The position numbers and the translations under genes were made by a program. From the NCBI GenBank assembly GCA_002281095.1, contig NCFI01000001.1:1-55304 (forward strand): a stretch of 55,304 nucleotides of DNA, written 5' to 3'. The stretch is from Thiotrichales bacterium 35-46-9 (GTDB taxonomy: Bacteria > Pseudomonadota > Gammaproteobacteria > Thiomicrospirales > Thiomicrospiraceae). Below are positions 1 through 9,463 of the stretch, one piece after another (position 1 is the stretch's first letter; each line of letters starts with the position of its first letter). Below the pieces are notes generated by a model that saw only the letters and a program-made list of their open reading frames with translations, searched no databases and was not told where the DNA came from.

Positions 1-90
1 GCATCACCGCCAATTAACGCCAAATCTTCAGGTGAGAAGGTATTTCTATTACGCCAAACAGAATTTAACTAGAATGTTAGGAAGACACAC

Positions 91-576
91 ATGAACGCCC
101 CTATTTATCCTGCCTTACTCGGTGGCTTCTTTCTCGGTCTTTTTGTTTTACTGCACTTTTGGATGACAGGACGCGCTGTAGGCTGCTCATCAGCTTACGG
201 TAATTTCTGCGCCTATACCTTTAATACACCTTTTTTTCATCGTGGCGAATTTGCCGTGCGTAATCATCCAAGGCTGTGGCTCTTATTTGGTCTACCCTTA
301 GGGGGATTGCTACATGTCACCCTACTCGGTGATGGTTTTCATCTGAGTTTTAGCATGGGCATTTATGATGCCATTTTACCCAGCACCCCTTCAGCTAAAG
401 GACTATGGCTGCTATTAGCTGGCTTTTTGCTGGGATTTGGTGCACGCCTAGCGGGAGCTTGCACAACAGGGCATGTATTGGTTGGCGGAGCCTTACTCAA
501 TCCGATCAGCTTAATGGCCGGAGCGATTTTCTTTGTTTCAGCACTCATCACGACGCAACTGCTGTTTCTGGGGTAA
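91..576 (+). CDS. YeeE/YedE-family membrane protein, half-size (first of an adjacent pair); putative thiosulfate/sulfur-compound transporter subunit
   Basis: 161-aa polytopic membrane ORF with Cys-containing motifs GRAVGCSS and AGACTTGH typical of the Sulf_transp/YeeE family. It is followed 5 nt later by a second half-size paralogue. Confidence 0.75.
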   Translation: MNAPIYPALLGGFFLGLFVLLHFWMTGRAVGCSSAYGNFCAYTFNTPFFHRGEFAVRNHPRLWLLFGLPLGGLLHVTLLGDGFHLSFSMGIYDAILPSTPSAKGLWLLLAGFLLGFGARLAGACTTGHVLVGGALLNPISLMAGAIFFVSALITTQLLFLG

Positions 577-581
577 ATAAC

Positions 582-995
582 ATGCACAATCATCTCATTT
601 CCTTGCTATTAGGCACCTTATTTGGCTTCTTGCTCGCCTTCGCTGGAGCCACTAATTTTAGTTTACATGCCGAATTGTTTTTATTTGAAAACCTATGGCT
701 ACTGTTTGTTATTGGTTCGGCTGTCGCTACAGGCATCACTGGAGTCTACTTATTAAAACACTGGCAACCCAATGCCTTATTAACCAAAACATCCATTGAT
801 TTTAGCCCCAAGGGCATGACGCCCAACTTAGTCATGGGTGCTATCTTATTTGGTATTGGCTGGGGTATGTCGGCAGCTTGTCCAGGCACCGCACCGACCA
901 TGATCGGCGAAGGTAAATTAGAAGGTGTTTTCCTCGTTGCCGGCATTATTTTAGGTACCGCTGCCTATGGCAAAATAGAGCAATCCTTACGATAA
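582..995 (+). CDS. YeeE/YedE-family membrane protein, half-size (second of pair)
   Basis: In-frame ATG at 582 (MHNHLISLLLGTLFGF...) just after the stop of the upstream gene. Hydrophobic throughout, with a GMSAACPGTAP Cys motif. The longer track ORF from 405 overlaps the upstream gene and is not needed. Confidence 0.75.
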   Translation: MHNHLISLLLGTLFGFLLAFAGATNFSLHAELFLFENLWLLFVIGSAVATGITGVYLLKHWQPNALLTKTSIDFSPKGMTPNLVMGAILFGIGWGMSAACPGTAPTMIGEGKLEGVFLVAGIILGTAAYGKIEQSLR

Positions 996-1120
996 TTAGA
1001 CGCTCATCTCACTCACAATAGCAAACAAAAATAGGATTCTTCATCAAAAGTTCAACTTAGCCCTTGTTATTCGCGTATAATGTAGGGCTTTGTTTTATTG
1101 AATTATTTGAGTCCTACACC

Positions 1121-2959
1121 ATGACGCCTATCGATCGCATCCGCAATATCGCCATCATCGCCCACGTTGACCACGGCAAAACCACACTGGTTGACCAACT
1201 GCTTCGCCAATCCGGCACTCTCGACGCACGTAAAGATACGGGCGAGCGCGTCATGGACTCGAACGACATTGAAAAAGAACGTGGTATCACCATTTTGGCG
1301 AAAAACACCGCCATTAACTACACCGATGCGCGTGACGGTCAAGAATACCGTATTAACATCGTCGATACCCCAGGCCATGCTGACTTCGGTGGTGAAGTAG
1401 AGCGCGTATTATCGATGGTTGATTCGGTGTTATTGTTGGTTGATTCGGTTGAAGGCCCCATGCCACAAACCCGTTTTGTGACACAAAAAGCCTTAGCATT
1501 AGGCTTGAAACCCATCGTTGTGGTGAATAAAGTGGATCGCCCACAAGCGCGTACCGCTGCCGCACTTGACGAAACTTTCGACCTATTTGTGCGCTTGGGT
1601 GCAACCGACGAACAGTTAGACTTCACCGTCGTTTATGCTTCAGGCTTAAATGGTTTTGCTGGCATGGAAGAAACGGTTCGTTCGGGCGACATGACCCCCC
1701 TATTCCAAACCATCATTGATAAAGTTGCTCACCCTGACGTCGATATGGATGCCCCTTTCCAAATGCAAGTGACGCAATTAGATTACGACACTTATAAAGG
1801 CATCATTGGTACAGGTCGTATCCAACGTGGCACCATTAAAACCAATACCCAAGTCACGGTTATCGACCGCCAAGGCAACAAACGTAACGGCCGTATTTTA
1901 GAAGTGTTGCGCTCTAACGGCTTGGATCGTGAAATCGTTGCCGATGCACAAGCGGGTGAAATCATTTCTTTCACGGGCCTTGATCCGTTATTCATTTCAG
2001 ACACCATTTGTGACCCAACCTGTGTTGAAGCCATTCCCGCACTCAGCGTTGAAGAACCAACCGTTTCGATGACCTTCCAAGTCAATACCAGCCCATTTGT
2101 GGGCAAAGAAGGTAAGTTACTCACCAGTCGTCAGATTCGTGATCGTTTACATAAAGAATTAATGACTAACGTCGCTTTGCGCGTTGAGGACACTGAAGAC
2201 GCAGAAAAATTCCGCGTATCGGGTCGTGGTGAGTTGCACTTGTCGGTATTGATTGAAAACATGCGTCGTGAAGGCTTCGAGTTGGGCGTTTCTCGTCCTG
2301 AAGTAATCTTCCGTGAAGTGGATGGCGAAGTGCAAGAACCTTACGAAACCCTCACCATCGACGTGGAAGAAATCCACCAAGGTTCAGTGATGGAGCAGTT
2401 GGGTAAACGTAAGGCCGAAATGAAAGACATGATCCAAGACGGTCACGGTCGCGTTCGTTTAGACTTTGTTATCCCATCGCGTGGTTTGATCGGCTTCCGT
2501 GGTGAGTTCTTAACGCTAACACAAGGTTCAGGCCTGCTGTATTCAACCTTTTCTCATTATGGTCCACGTATCCCAGGCACTATGGGTCAACGTCACAATG
2601 GCGTACTCATTTCGATGGACACGGGCAAAGCACTGGCCTACTCGCTAGACAACTTGCAAGAACGCGGTCGTTTGATGATTGGTCACGGTGACGAAGTTTA
2701 CGAAGGCTTGATTATCGGTATTCACAGCCGCGACAACGATTTGGTCGTTAATCCATTGAAAGGTAAAAAGCTGACCAACATGCGTGCATCAGGTACCGAT
2801 GAAAACGTGGTGCTCACGCCACCGATTCGTATGACACTGGAACAAGCACTCGAATTTATTGACGACGACGAGCTAGTTGAAGTTACCCCAAAAAGCGTGC
2901 GTATTCGTAAAAAATACCTCACCGAATTGGATCGTAAGCGTTTTGGTCGTAAAGACTAA
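1121..2959 (+). CDS. typA: Translational GTPase TypA/BipA
   Basis: [25 protein letters not shown]... with G1-G4 GTPase motifs ([17 protein letters not shown]) and full-length similarity to BipA. ATG at 1121 chosen over the upstream TTG at 1064. Confidence 0.95.
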   Translation: MTPIDRIRNIAIIAHVDHGKTTLVDQLLRQSGTLDARKDTGERVMDSNDIEKERGITILAKNTAINYTDARDGQEYRINIVDTPGHADFGGEVERVLSMVDSVLLLVDSVEGPMPQTRFVTQKALALGLKPIVVVNKVDRPQARTAAALDETFDLFVRLGATDEQLDFTVVYASGLNGFAGMEETVRSGDMTPLFQTIIDKVAHPDVDMDAPFQMQVTQLDYDTYKGIIGTGRIQRGTIKTNTQVTVIDRQGNKRNGRILEVLRSNGLDREIVADAQAGEIISFTGLDPLFISDTICDPTCVEAIPALSVEEPTVSMTFQVNTSPFVGKEGKLLTSRQIRDRLHKELMTNVALRVEDTEDAEKFRVSGRGELHLSVLIENMRREGFELGVSRPEVIFREVDGEVQEPYETLTIDVEEIHQGSVMEQLGKRKAEMKDMIQDGHGRVRLDFVIPSRGLIGFRGEFLTLTQGSGLLYSTFSHYGPRIPGTMGQRHNGVLISMDTGKALAYSLDNLQERGRLMIGHGDEVYEGLIIGIHSRDNDLVVNPLKGKKLTNMRASGTDENVVLTPPIRMTLEQALEFIDDDELVEVTPKSVRIRKKYLTELDRKRFGRKD

Positions 2960-2982
2960 ATCCTACTTCATCGGTGATGACG

Positions 2983-3014
2983 AAAAATACCCAGCTTTGG
3001 CTGGGTATTTTTTT
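2983..3014 (+). terminator. Rho-independent terminator of typA
   Basis: 13-bp stem AAAAATACCCAGC / GCTGGGTATTTTT with a TTTG loop, then a T-run. It lies 24 nt after the typA stop. Confidence 0.85.
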
Positions 3015-3081
3015 AACGAAAGCATCAACATTATGGCCTATTCATTCTATAATGCCATTCAAGTCATCCAGAGTTTGCGCT

Positions 3082-4443
3082 ATGCCAGATCAACTATCAC
3101 AACACTATGAACAACAGTTAGCTTATTTAAGCTTGCACGATTCATTAACCGACTTACCTAATCGTAGTTTCTTTATTGAAAGTCTGCATCAATGGCTGGA
3201 ACAACTTAACCAACAAAAGCAACGACAACAAATCGCCGTTGTCACCTTGGATATTGATCGGTTTAAACTCGTCAATGAATCCTTGGGATCTATCGGCGGC
3301 GACGCGCTACTGAGCGCTCTGGCCAATCGCCTTAAACGGATTGCTCGCAATGATGACATCGTAGCGCGTTTTGGCTCAGATGAGTTCGCTTTACTCATCG
3401 CCATGAATCAAACGGATCGTATCGAAGTTATTGCACAACGTTACTACCGATTATTGAATGAACCCTTTCTCATTGGCGCTCAATCGCTATTTATTGCGTT
3501 ATCCACCGGTATCGCCATTGCGCCTCAAGATGGACAAGATGTACAAACCCTACTGAACCACGCCAATCAAGCACGACTACAAGCCAAACAAGCGGGTGGT
3601 AACCAATTTCAATTCTATCGTGCCAGTATGACTCAGGCTGTACACAAAAGACTCGCTCTCGAACAGGATCTACGTAATGCCATCGCTCAAGATCAACTGC
3701 AAGTACTTTACCAAGCGAAAATCAATGCGCAAACCGGCCAATTAGCGGGAGCAGAAGCACTAATTGTTTGGCAACACCCTCAACTCGGACAACTGAACCC
3801 AGAAATCTTTATCCCCATTGCAGAAGAAACGGGGCTGATTGTGGAAATTGGCGCTTGGATTCTTTTCGAAGCCTGTCGTCAAACTTGTTTATGGCGACAA
3901 AAACACGCTCATTTTCATATCAGTATTAACCTATCCGCTCGCCAATTTTTATCTGGTCAGTTAGTTAATCAGGTACGTCGAGCCATTGGGCTCTGCCAAT
4001 TTCCTGCTGAAGCCTTAGATTTAGAAATCACCGAAAGCCTAGCCATGGTCGATATTGAACATAGCACAAAAACGCTCCAACAATTAAAGGCTTTGGGTGT
4101 ACAGCTATCTTTAGATGACTTTGGTACCGGTTATTCCAGTCTCGCCTATTTACATGCCTTTCCCGTTGATACGTTAAAAATTGATCGCAGTTTTATTATG
4201 CGCATTGGTACCGAAGAGGCGACTCAATATGATGAAAAAATCGTTACTGCTATTATTGCCATGGCCAAAAGCCTAGCACTCAATGTCGTAGCGGAAGGGG
4301 TTGAAAATGCCTATCAAATGCAATTCTTGCGTGAACATGCCTGTAACCTACTGCAAGGCTACTATTGTGGCCGTCCATTATCCGCGCGCGACTTTGAACA
4401 ACTCGCTCTGCAACGCTATAATGTGGATCTGACTTCCGAATAA
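3082..4443 (+). CDS. c-di-GMP phosphodiesterase with degenerate GGDEF (GSDEF) plus intact EAL domain, no N-terminal sensor domain
   Basis: GGDEF-domain core reads RFGSDEF, preceded by an RNDD I-site-like RxxD. EAL-domain signatures are all present: EALIVW, SINLS, DLEITES, DDFGTGYSSL, KIDRSF, AEGVE, QGY. The start is set after the typA terminator (ATG 3082; ATG 3052 also possible). Confidence 0.85.
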   Translation: MPDQLSQHYEQQLAYLSLHDSLTDLPNRSFFIESLHQWLEQLNQQKQRQQIAVVTLDIDRFKLVNESLGSIGGDALLSALANRLKRIARNDDIVARFGSDEFALLIAMNQTDRIEVIAQRYYRLLNEPFLIGAQSLFIALSTGIAIAPQDGQDVQTLLNHANQARLQAKQAGGNQFQFYRASMTQAVHKRLALEQDLRNAIAQDQLQVLYQAKINAQTGQLAGAEALIVWQHPQLGQLNPEIFIPIAEETGLIVEIGAWILFEACRQTCLWRQKHAHFHISINLSARQFLSGQLVNQVRRAIGLCQFPAEALDLEITESLAMVDIEHSTKTLQQLKALGVQLSLDDFGTGYSSLAYLHAFPVDTLKIDRSFIMRIGTEEATQYDEKIVTAIIAMAKSLALNVVAEGVENAYQMQFLREHACNLLQGYYCGRPLSARDFEQLALQRYNVDLTSE

Positions 4444-4476
4444 TCATTTCGCGTGATGGTCACGCTGAAGGCAACT

Positions 4477-5022
4477 ATGCAATATCAAATTTCTCCATCG
4501 AGCAGCCGAAGAGCTACCTATCCCCACAGCTGGTTTATTCTCAATTTAATCATCGTACATTTGTTTGCTTTTTTGATCATTCTAGAAATAGGCACCGCAA
4601 TGACGATTTTACTCATTCCAGTGGTTTCAATGATCATTTTGGCTGCATTGTGGCGTGTTGCACAGCAAAAACAACAGTCAGATGACTGGTTCGTTGCAGC
4701 ACACTGGTTACAAATGACCAAGCGTTCAAAAATGCTGCTTATTTTCTATGCTGTTGGCTTTACGTTAGGCGTGTTTAGTTACTTAATGGTTGGTCTCAGC
4801 CCACTTAAGGGTGACAACATCACCACCATTGCGCTGCGCATGGGCGCTGTCCCCATCTTTTTAGGCGTACTCACCACCTTTGTTCTTTCGGGCGGTTCTA
4901 TTTTTGATGCGCAACGTGGCATGATTGGCGACAAGCTCGTTGAATCATTCCCTCCAAGTGATGCCTGGCTGGCAGCCAACCCGGAGCTCACAGCAGAAGA
5001 CGCATCAGGTACAAAGGTATGA
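4477..5022 (+). CDS. Hypothetical polytopic inner-membrane protein
   Basis: ORF with about 4 predicted TM helices. ATG 4477 is preceded by GAAGG at 5-nt spacing. No family recognised. Confidence 0.55.
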   Translation: MQYQISPSSSRRATYPHSWFILNLIIVHLFAFLIILEIGTAMTILLIPVVSMIILAALWRVAQQKQQSDDWFVAAHWLQMTKRSKMLLIFYAVGFTLGVFSYLMVGLSPLKGDNITTIALRMGAVPIFLGVLTTFVLSGGSIFDAQRGMIGDKLVESFPPSDAWLAANPELTAEDASGTKV

Positions 5023-5669
5023 GCGAAACGACACATAAACGCCCGATGTTTTATTGGGGCTGGCTAACATTAGGCTTGGCCGGTCTCATTTGGGTGGCGA
5101 GCTATTTCTTCGTTGATCCACCCAACAATAACCAAGACGGATCGGCCTTGCCTTGGAATGCCAGCATTAACACGCAAGGTCAGCTGACTGTTCTGGGTTT
5201 AACGCTGAATCAGAGTACCACCAAAGACGCCATGGCGCTTTACGGCAAAGAAACCAAAATTATTTTATTTACCGACAAGCTACACAAACCCGTCAGTGTT
5301 GAAGCTTTTTTTGAAGACATGTACATTGGTTATAGCTTACGTGGTCGGTTAATCTTAACGCTTGAGACCTCAACTGAACAGTTAGAGGCCATGTTTAGCC
5401 GCGGTGGACGGGTTAAAAGTGCCGATTCGGGCGCCCATGAGATTACATTAGCAGGCAGTGATCTGAGTGAGGCCCTTAGTCTGCCCATACGTCATCTAAC
5501 CTACATCCCATACCCAAAGATTGATGAAGAAACGCTGATACACCGTTTTGGTCAACCCAGTAAAGATAGCCTTGGCGATGATGGCGTTCGCCGTTGGCAT
5601 TACCCAGAGCGTCAACTGGTGATACTGTTCGATGAAACAGGTCGCAAGGTACTTGAATTTGGCCACTGA
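5019..5669 (+). CDS. Hypothetical membrane-anchored (single N-terminal TM) protein
   Basis: 216-aa ORF whose ATG overlaps the upstream stop (ATGA), with AAAGG upstream. One N-terminal hydrophobic helix, then a soluble domain of about 180 aa. No family recognised. Confidence 0.55.
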   Translation: MSETTHKRPMFYWGWLTLGLAGLIWVASYFFVDPPNNNQDGSALPWNASINTQGQLTVLGLTLNQSTTKDAMALYGKETKIILFTDKLHKPVSVEAFFEDMYIGYSLRGRLILTLETSTEQLEAMFSRGGRVKSADSGAHEITLAGSDLSEALSLPIRHLTYIPYPKIDEETLIHRFGQPSKDSLGDDGVRRWHYPERQLVILFDETGRKVLEFGH

Positions 5670-5773
5670 ATCTCACTTGTCCATGCATCGTCGAAGACCC
5701 TGTTTCAGCATGGACGATCAATTTACTTTATAATGAACAGCATGTTTTGAATTACCAACGGAGTTCCCATTGC

Positions 5774-6940
5774 ATGAGTAGCCTCATTTTTACCTCAGAA
5801 TCGGTTTCGGAAGGTCATCCAGATAAAATCGCTGATCAAATCTCTGATGCGATTTTAGATGCTATCTTAGCGCAAGACCCTAAAGCACGCGTCGCCTGCG
5901 AAACCTTCGTTAAAACCGGTATGGTGTTGGTGGGCGGCGAAATCACCACCTCGGCATGGGTAGACATTGAAGACTTGGTACGCTCGGTAGTGAAAGATAT
6001 CGGCTACGATCGCGGTGAGCTTGGCTTTAATGGCGATGATTGTGCCGTCTTATCTGCTATTGGTAAACAATCGGTCGATATTGCGATGGGTGTTGATGAA
6101 GATCCGGAAGCCGCAAAAGAGATGGGTGCGGGAGACCAAGGTTTGATGTTTGGTTATGCCAGCAATGAAACCGAAACACTCATGCCAGCCCCCATTTACT
6201 ACGCGCATCGCCTTGTCGAACAACAAGCACAAATGCGTAAACAAGGCGTGTTAGCTTGGTTACGTCCCGATGCGAAAAGCCAAGTCACCCTACGTTACGA
6301 AAATGGTGTGCCTGTTGGCGTCGATGCGGTGGTGTTATCCACACAACACAATCCCGACATCAGCACCAAAGACTTACGTGAAGCGGTGATGGAACACATT
6401 ATCAAGCCTGTTATTCCGGCACAATGGTTACACAAAGACACGCTCTTCCACATCAATCCAACCGGTCGTTTCGTGATTGGTGGCCCCGTGGGTGATGCAG
6501 GCTTGACCGGACGCAAAATTATTGTCGACAGCTATGGTGGTATGGCACGTCATGGTGGTGGTGCTTTTTCAGGCAAAGACCCCTCTAAAGTAGATCGTTC
6601 AGCCGCCTATGCCGGTCGTTATGTGGCAAAGAATATCGTGGCCGCTGGTCTAGCCGATAAGTGTGAGATTCAAGTCTCTTACGCTATCGGTGTTGCTCAA
6701 CCGACTTCCATTAGTATTGAAACCTTTGGCACAGCGAAAGTCGATACCGCTGTCATTGAACGCTTGGTACGTGAACACTTTGACTTACGTCCACGCGGCA
6801 TTATCGAAATGCTCGATCTATTGCGCCCAATTTATCGCCAAACCGCCAGCTATGGTCACTTTGGTCGTGAGCTAGCTGACTTTACTTGGGAAAAAACGGA
6901 TAAAGCCGCCTTGTTACGTGCTGAGGCTGGCTTAGCATGA
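5774..6940 (+). CDS. metK: S-adenosylmethionine synthetase
   Basis: [25 protein letters not shown]... is near-identical in pattern to the E. coli MetK N-terminus. [12 protein letters not shown] and GGGAFSGKD motifs present. Confidence 0.97.
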   Translation: MSSLIFTSESVSEGHPDKIADQISDAILDAILAQDPKARVACETFVKTGMVLVGGEITTSAWVDIEDLVRSVVKDIGYDRGELGFNGDDCAVLSAIGKQSVDIAMGVDEDPEAAKEMGAGDQGLMFGYASNETETLMPAPIYYAHRLVEQQAQMRKQGVLAWLRPDAKSQVTLRYENGVPVGVDAVVLSTQHNPDISTKDLREAVMEHIIKPVIPAQWLHKDTLFHINPTGRFVIGGPVGDAGLTGRKIIVDSYGGMARHGGGAFSGKDPSKVDRSAAYAGRYVAKNIVAAGLADKCEIQVSYAIGVAQPTSISIETFGTAKVDTAVIERLVREHFDLRPRGIIEMLDLLRPIYRQTASYGHFGRELADFTWEKTDKAALLRAEAGLA

Positions 6941-7767
6941 AACTTTCAGCCGAATTTTTCCCGCCGCGAACTACCGAAGGCTTAGATAAGCTAGTTGAGG
7001 TAGCAGAAGGCTTTCGCCCCTTCAACCTCGACTACCTCTCGGTGACCTATGGTGCTGGCGGCAGTACGCAAGAACGCACCCTCGCTACGGTCAAAGCCTT
7101 ACGCGCGCGTGGTTGGGATGTTGCCCCTCACCTCACCTGTGTCGATTCAGAACGCGGTAAAATTGCCGACCTCCTGAAAACCTATATCGACTTGGGTGTG
7201 CATCGTATTGTCGCGCTGCGTGGCGACATTCCCTCCGGCATGCGTGATTTAGGCGATTTTAACTTTGCCATTGATTTGGTGAAATTTATTCGTGACACCA
7301 CTGGCGACCACTTTCACATCGAAGTGGCAGCTTACCCCGAAGTGCATCCGCAAGCGAAAAACTGGCAAACCGACTTACAACACTTTGCCGACAAAATGGC
7401 AGCTGGTGCCAATGCTGCCATCACGCAATATTTCTTCAATCCCGATAGCTACTGCCGCTTTGTCAATGCCGCGCGAGAGTTGGGCGTAAAAGGCGACATC
7501 ATTCCTGGCCTGATGCCTATTACCAATCACGACCAACTAGTCCGCTTTTCCGATGCGTGTGGTGCAGAAATACCGCGTTGGTTACGCAAACGCCTAGAAG
7601 CCTTTGGAGACGACAAAGCCGCGATTAGTGAGTTAGGATTAGAAGTGGTGGGTGATATTGGCGAGCGTGTTATGCGTGGTGGTGCACCCGGTGTTCATTA
7701 CTACGCCATGAATAGCTTAGAGCCTGCACGTTCACTCATGGAACGTCTGAGAAGCTTTTCAGCTTAA
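6937..7767 (+). CDS. metF: 5,10-methylenetetrahydrofolate reductase
   Basis: SAEFFPPRT...[11 protein letters not shown]...APHLTC pattern of MetF. The start overlaps the metK stop (ATGA). Confidence 0.93.
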   Translation: MKLSAEFFPPRTTEGLDKLVEVAEGFRPFNLDYLSVTYGAGGSTQERTLATVKALRARGWDVAPHLTCVDSERGKIADLLKTYIDLGVHRIVALRGDIPSGMRDLGDFNFAIDLVKFIRDTTGDHFHIEVAAYPEVHPQAKNWQTDLQHFADKMAAGANAAITQYFFNPDSYCRFVNAARELGVKGDIIPGLMPITNHDQLVRFSDACGAEIPRWLRKRLEAFGDDKAAISELGLEVVGDIGERVMRGGAPGVHYYAMNSLEPARSLMERLRSFSA

Positions 7768-7784
7768 TCAGACAACTTAAAACC

Positions 7785-8519
7785 ATGCGTCATATTCGTG
7801 TTTATGTATCGGGCAACTACCCCGATGTTGGTCAATCGCTCGAACTTCCGGAAACAGTGCGTCATTATGTGGCCACTGTGTTACGTGCGCGCGATGGTTT
7901 TCTCATCCAATTATTTAATGGTGAAGGCATCACCGCACAAGCGCGCTTACAGCTTGAAAAGCGTTCAGCACGCGTTATCATTGAAAGCAGTGACAAAGAC
8001 ACATCGAGAGAATCTCCCTTAACGCTGACACTGGCGCAAGGCATTTCGCGTGGCGAACGCATGGATGTGAGTATTCAAAAGGCAACTGAGCTGGGCGTCA
8101 GCGCCATCCAGCCCTTGTTTACCGACTATTGCGAAGTCAAACTTGACGATGATGACAAGGTCGCTAAACGCATGGCACATTGGCAACAGGTTATTGTCAG
8201 CGCATGTGAACAATGCGAACGAACGGTTCTCCCTAAGCTATTTGCACCCGTGACACTCAATGAATGGTTAGCACAACAGCCGCAAGGATTGGTGTTAGAC
8301 CCTTACGAGGGCGTCCGCCTGACCCAGCTAGGCAGTGAGTGCTTTACTGTGCCTCAAGCCCTATTGGTTGGTCCGGAAGGCGGACTCAGTGAAGCCGAAT
8401 TGAAGAACGCGCTCCAGGCTGGCTTAACCGGCTGTCGACTCGGACCACGTATTCTACGCACCGAAACAGCCGGTCCCGCTGCCATTGCAGCCTTACAAGC
8501 CTTGTACGGAGATGCCTAG
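7785..8519 (+). CDS. rsmE: 16S rRNA (uracil1498-N3)-methyltransferase
   Basis: 244 aa, with the C-terminal LLVGPEGGLSEAE...LGPRILRTETA SPOUT-knot signature of RsmE. Confidence 0.9.
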   Translation: MRHIRVYVSGNYPDVGQSLELPETVRHYVATVLRARDGFLIQLFNGEGITAQARLQLEKRSARVIIESSDKDTSRESPLTLTLAQGISRGERMDVSIQKATELGVSAIQPLFTDYCEVKLDDDDKVAKRMAHWQQVIVSACEQCERTVLPKLFAPVTLNEWLAQQPQGLVLDPYEGVRLTQLGSECFTVPQALLVGPEGGLSEAELKNALQAGLTGCRLGPRILRTETAGPAAIAALQALYGDA

Positions 8520-9400
8520 CCGGCGTTTAATTGCCCTAGCACAGGTAGTAAGGCGTCAAAGTTAGCATAAACAACCGCATCTACCAATGACAGATCGACT
8601 CGCTTTGCGCCTTCCCCACCCAACCACAAAGCAACGGACGATGGCAAGGCGAGACGCAGGCTTACAACCGCCTGTTGTACCCAAGCAGCATCAGCTGCTT
8701 CAGAAATCGACAATGAAACTACCTGTACACCATGCTCTTGCGCAGCTTGCACAATGGTTTCTACTGGAGTTTGAACACCCAAGTTAACGACTTGTACACC
8801 CTCTAGACGACACAGATTTTCAATCATTAATAACGCTAAACCATGCTGTTCTTCAGGCAGCGTCGTTAACAATACTTTAGGTGCGGAAACACTCGCTTCG
8901 GGTAGACGATCTAAACTTAACCGCAATTTACTCTGTAACTGATCCGTCAGTAAATGCTCATGATGAATGTTCAATCGTCCTGTTTGCCAGGCATAACCAA
9001 TCTGCGTTAACCAACTAGGCAATAATTCAATGACAAAGGCTTCCAGACCATAGCGCAACAGCCAATAATCTAGGTATTTCGATAAAGCTATAGGTTGATT
9101 GCTCAATAACAGCGCCATCAACTCATCTACATGCGATTGAAAACGTCCTTGCTGAATACCAACAGGTACGCTTAACATCTGCGTGAGCTCTTCATTCGAC
9201 AAAGTCATTAAACGTCCAGGACGATGCCCCAAATCCATCAGACGCTTAATTAACACTAAACGCGCCAAATCCTCCGCGCTATAATTACGCTCACCACTGG
9301 ATACACGTGAAGGCATGGGGAAGCCATAACGTCTCTCCCACATCCTTAATACATCTTTTGAAATGCCTGTTTCACGCTCAACACGACTAATCGAGTACAT
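8516..9400 (-). CDS. MerR-family, B12-binding (CarH/LitR-type) light-responsive transcriptional regulator
   Basis: N-terminal MerR HTH (YSISRVERETGISKDVLRMWERRYGFP). Exact Wx9EH motif WQTGRLNIHHEH at nt 8954-8989. B12-binding Rossmann domain with EEQHG (His186, nt 8843-8845), SLSIS and LGGEG. Confidence 0.8.
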   Translation of the reverse strand: MYSISRVERETGISKDVLRMWERRYGFPMPSRVSSGERNYSAEDLARLVLIKRLMDLGHRPGRLMTLSNEELTQMLSVPVGIQQGRFQSHVDELMALLLSNQPIALSKYLDYWLLRYGLEAFVIELLPSWLTQIGYAWQTGRLNIHHEHLLTDQLQSKLRLSLDRLPEASVSAPKVLLTTLPEEQHGLALLMIENLCRLEGVQVVNLGVQTPVETIVQAAQEHGVQVVSLSISEAADAAWVQQAVVSLRLALPSSVALWLGGEGAKRVDLSLVDAVVYANFDALLPVLGQLNAG

Positions 9401-9463
9401 GCTTCACATCCTTAATTTTGTTAATAATCCGACTCTCAAACAAGATAAGCCCTTTGTTATCTT

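Noticed and set aside
1103-2380. Numerous 60-110-aa antisense or off-frame ORFs inside typA, and likewise inside the atp genes, glmS/glmU, mnmG, ygiQ, ovoA, hemX/hemY and others
   Set aside because: They lie entirely within strongly supported conserved genes, lack ribosome-binding sites and show low-complexity or biased composition typical of shadow ORFs.
2974-3081. Upstream start codons for the GSDEF-EAL gene, and similar 5-prime extensions of typA (1064), metK (5747), hisI (12397), glmS (25314), bioC (17559), greB (47608) and DUF2892 (46165)
   Set aside because: The extensions cross a terminator (2983-3014), or overlap the preceding gene, or add residues absent from the well-known family N-termini. 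Internal ATGs that reproduce the canonical N-termini were chosen instead.
5670-5773. SAM riboswitch or other leader upstream of metK
   Set aside because: There is only an 8-bp hairpin (GTCCATGC...GCATGGAC, 5679-5715) and a TATAAT at 5729-5734. The roughly 40-nt leader that would remain is too short, and it shows none of the conserved cores I know for SAM-I, SAM-II or SAM-SAH elements.
9442-9463. AAGATAA-N8-TTATCTT inverted repeat right after the ovoA stop as a terminator or operator
   Set aside because: It has only a 7-bp A/T-rich stem and no U-tract, so it is too weak to call. It may be irrelevant if ovoA and the regulator are co-transcribed.
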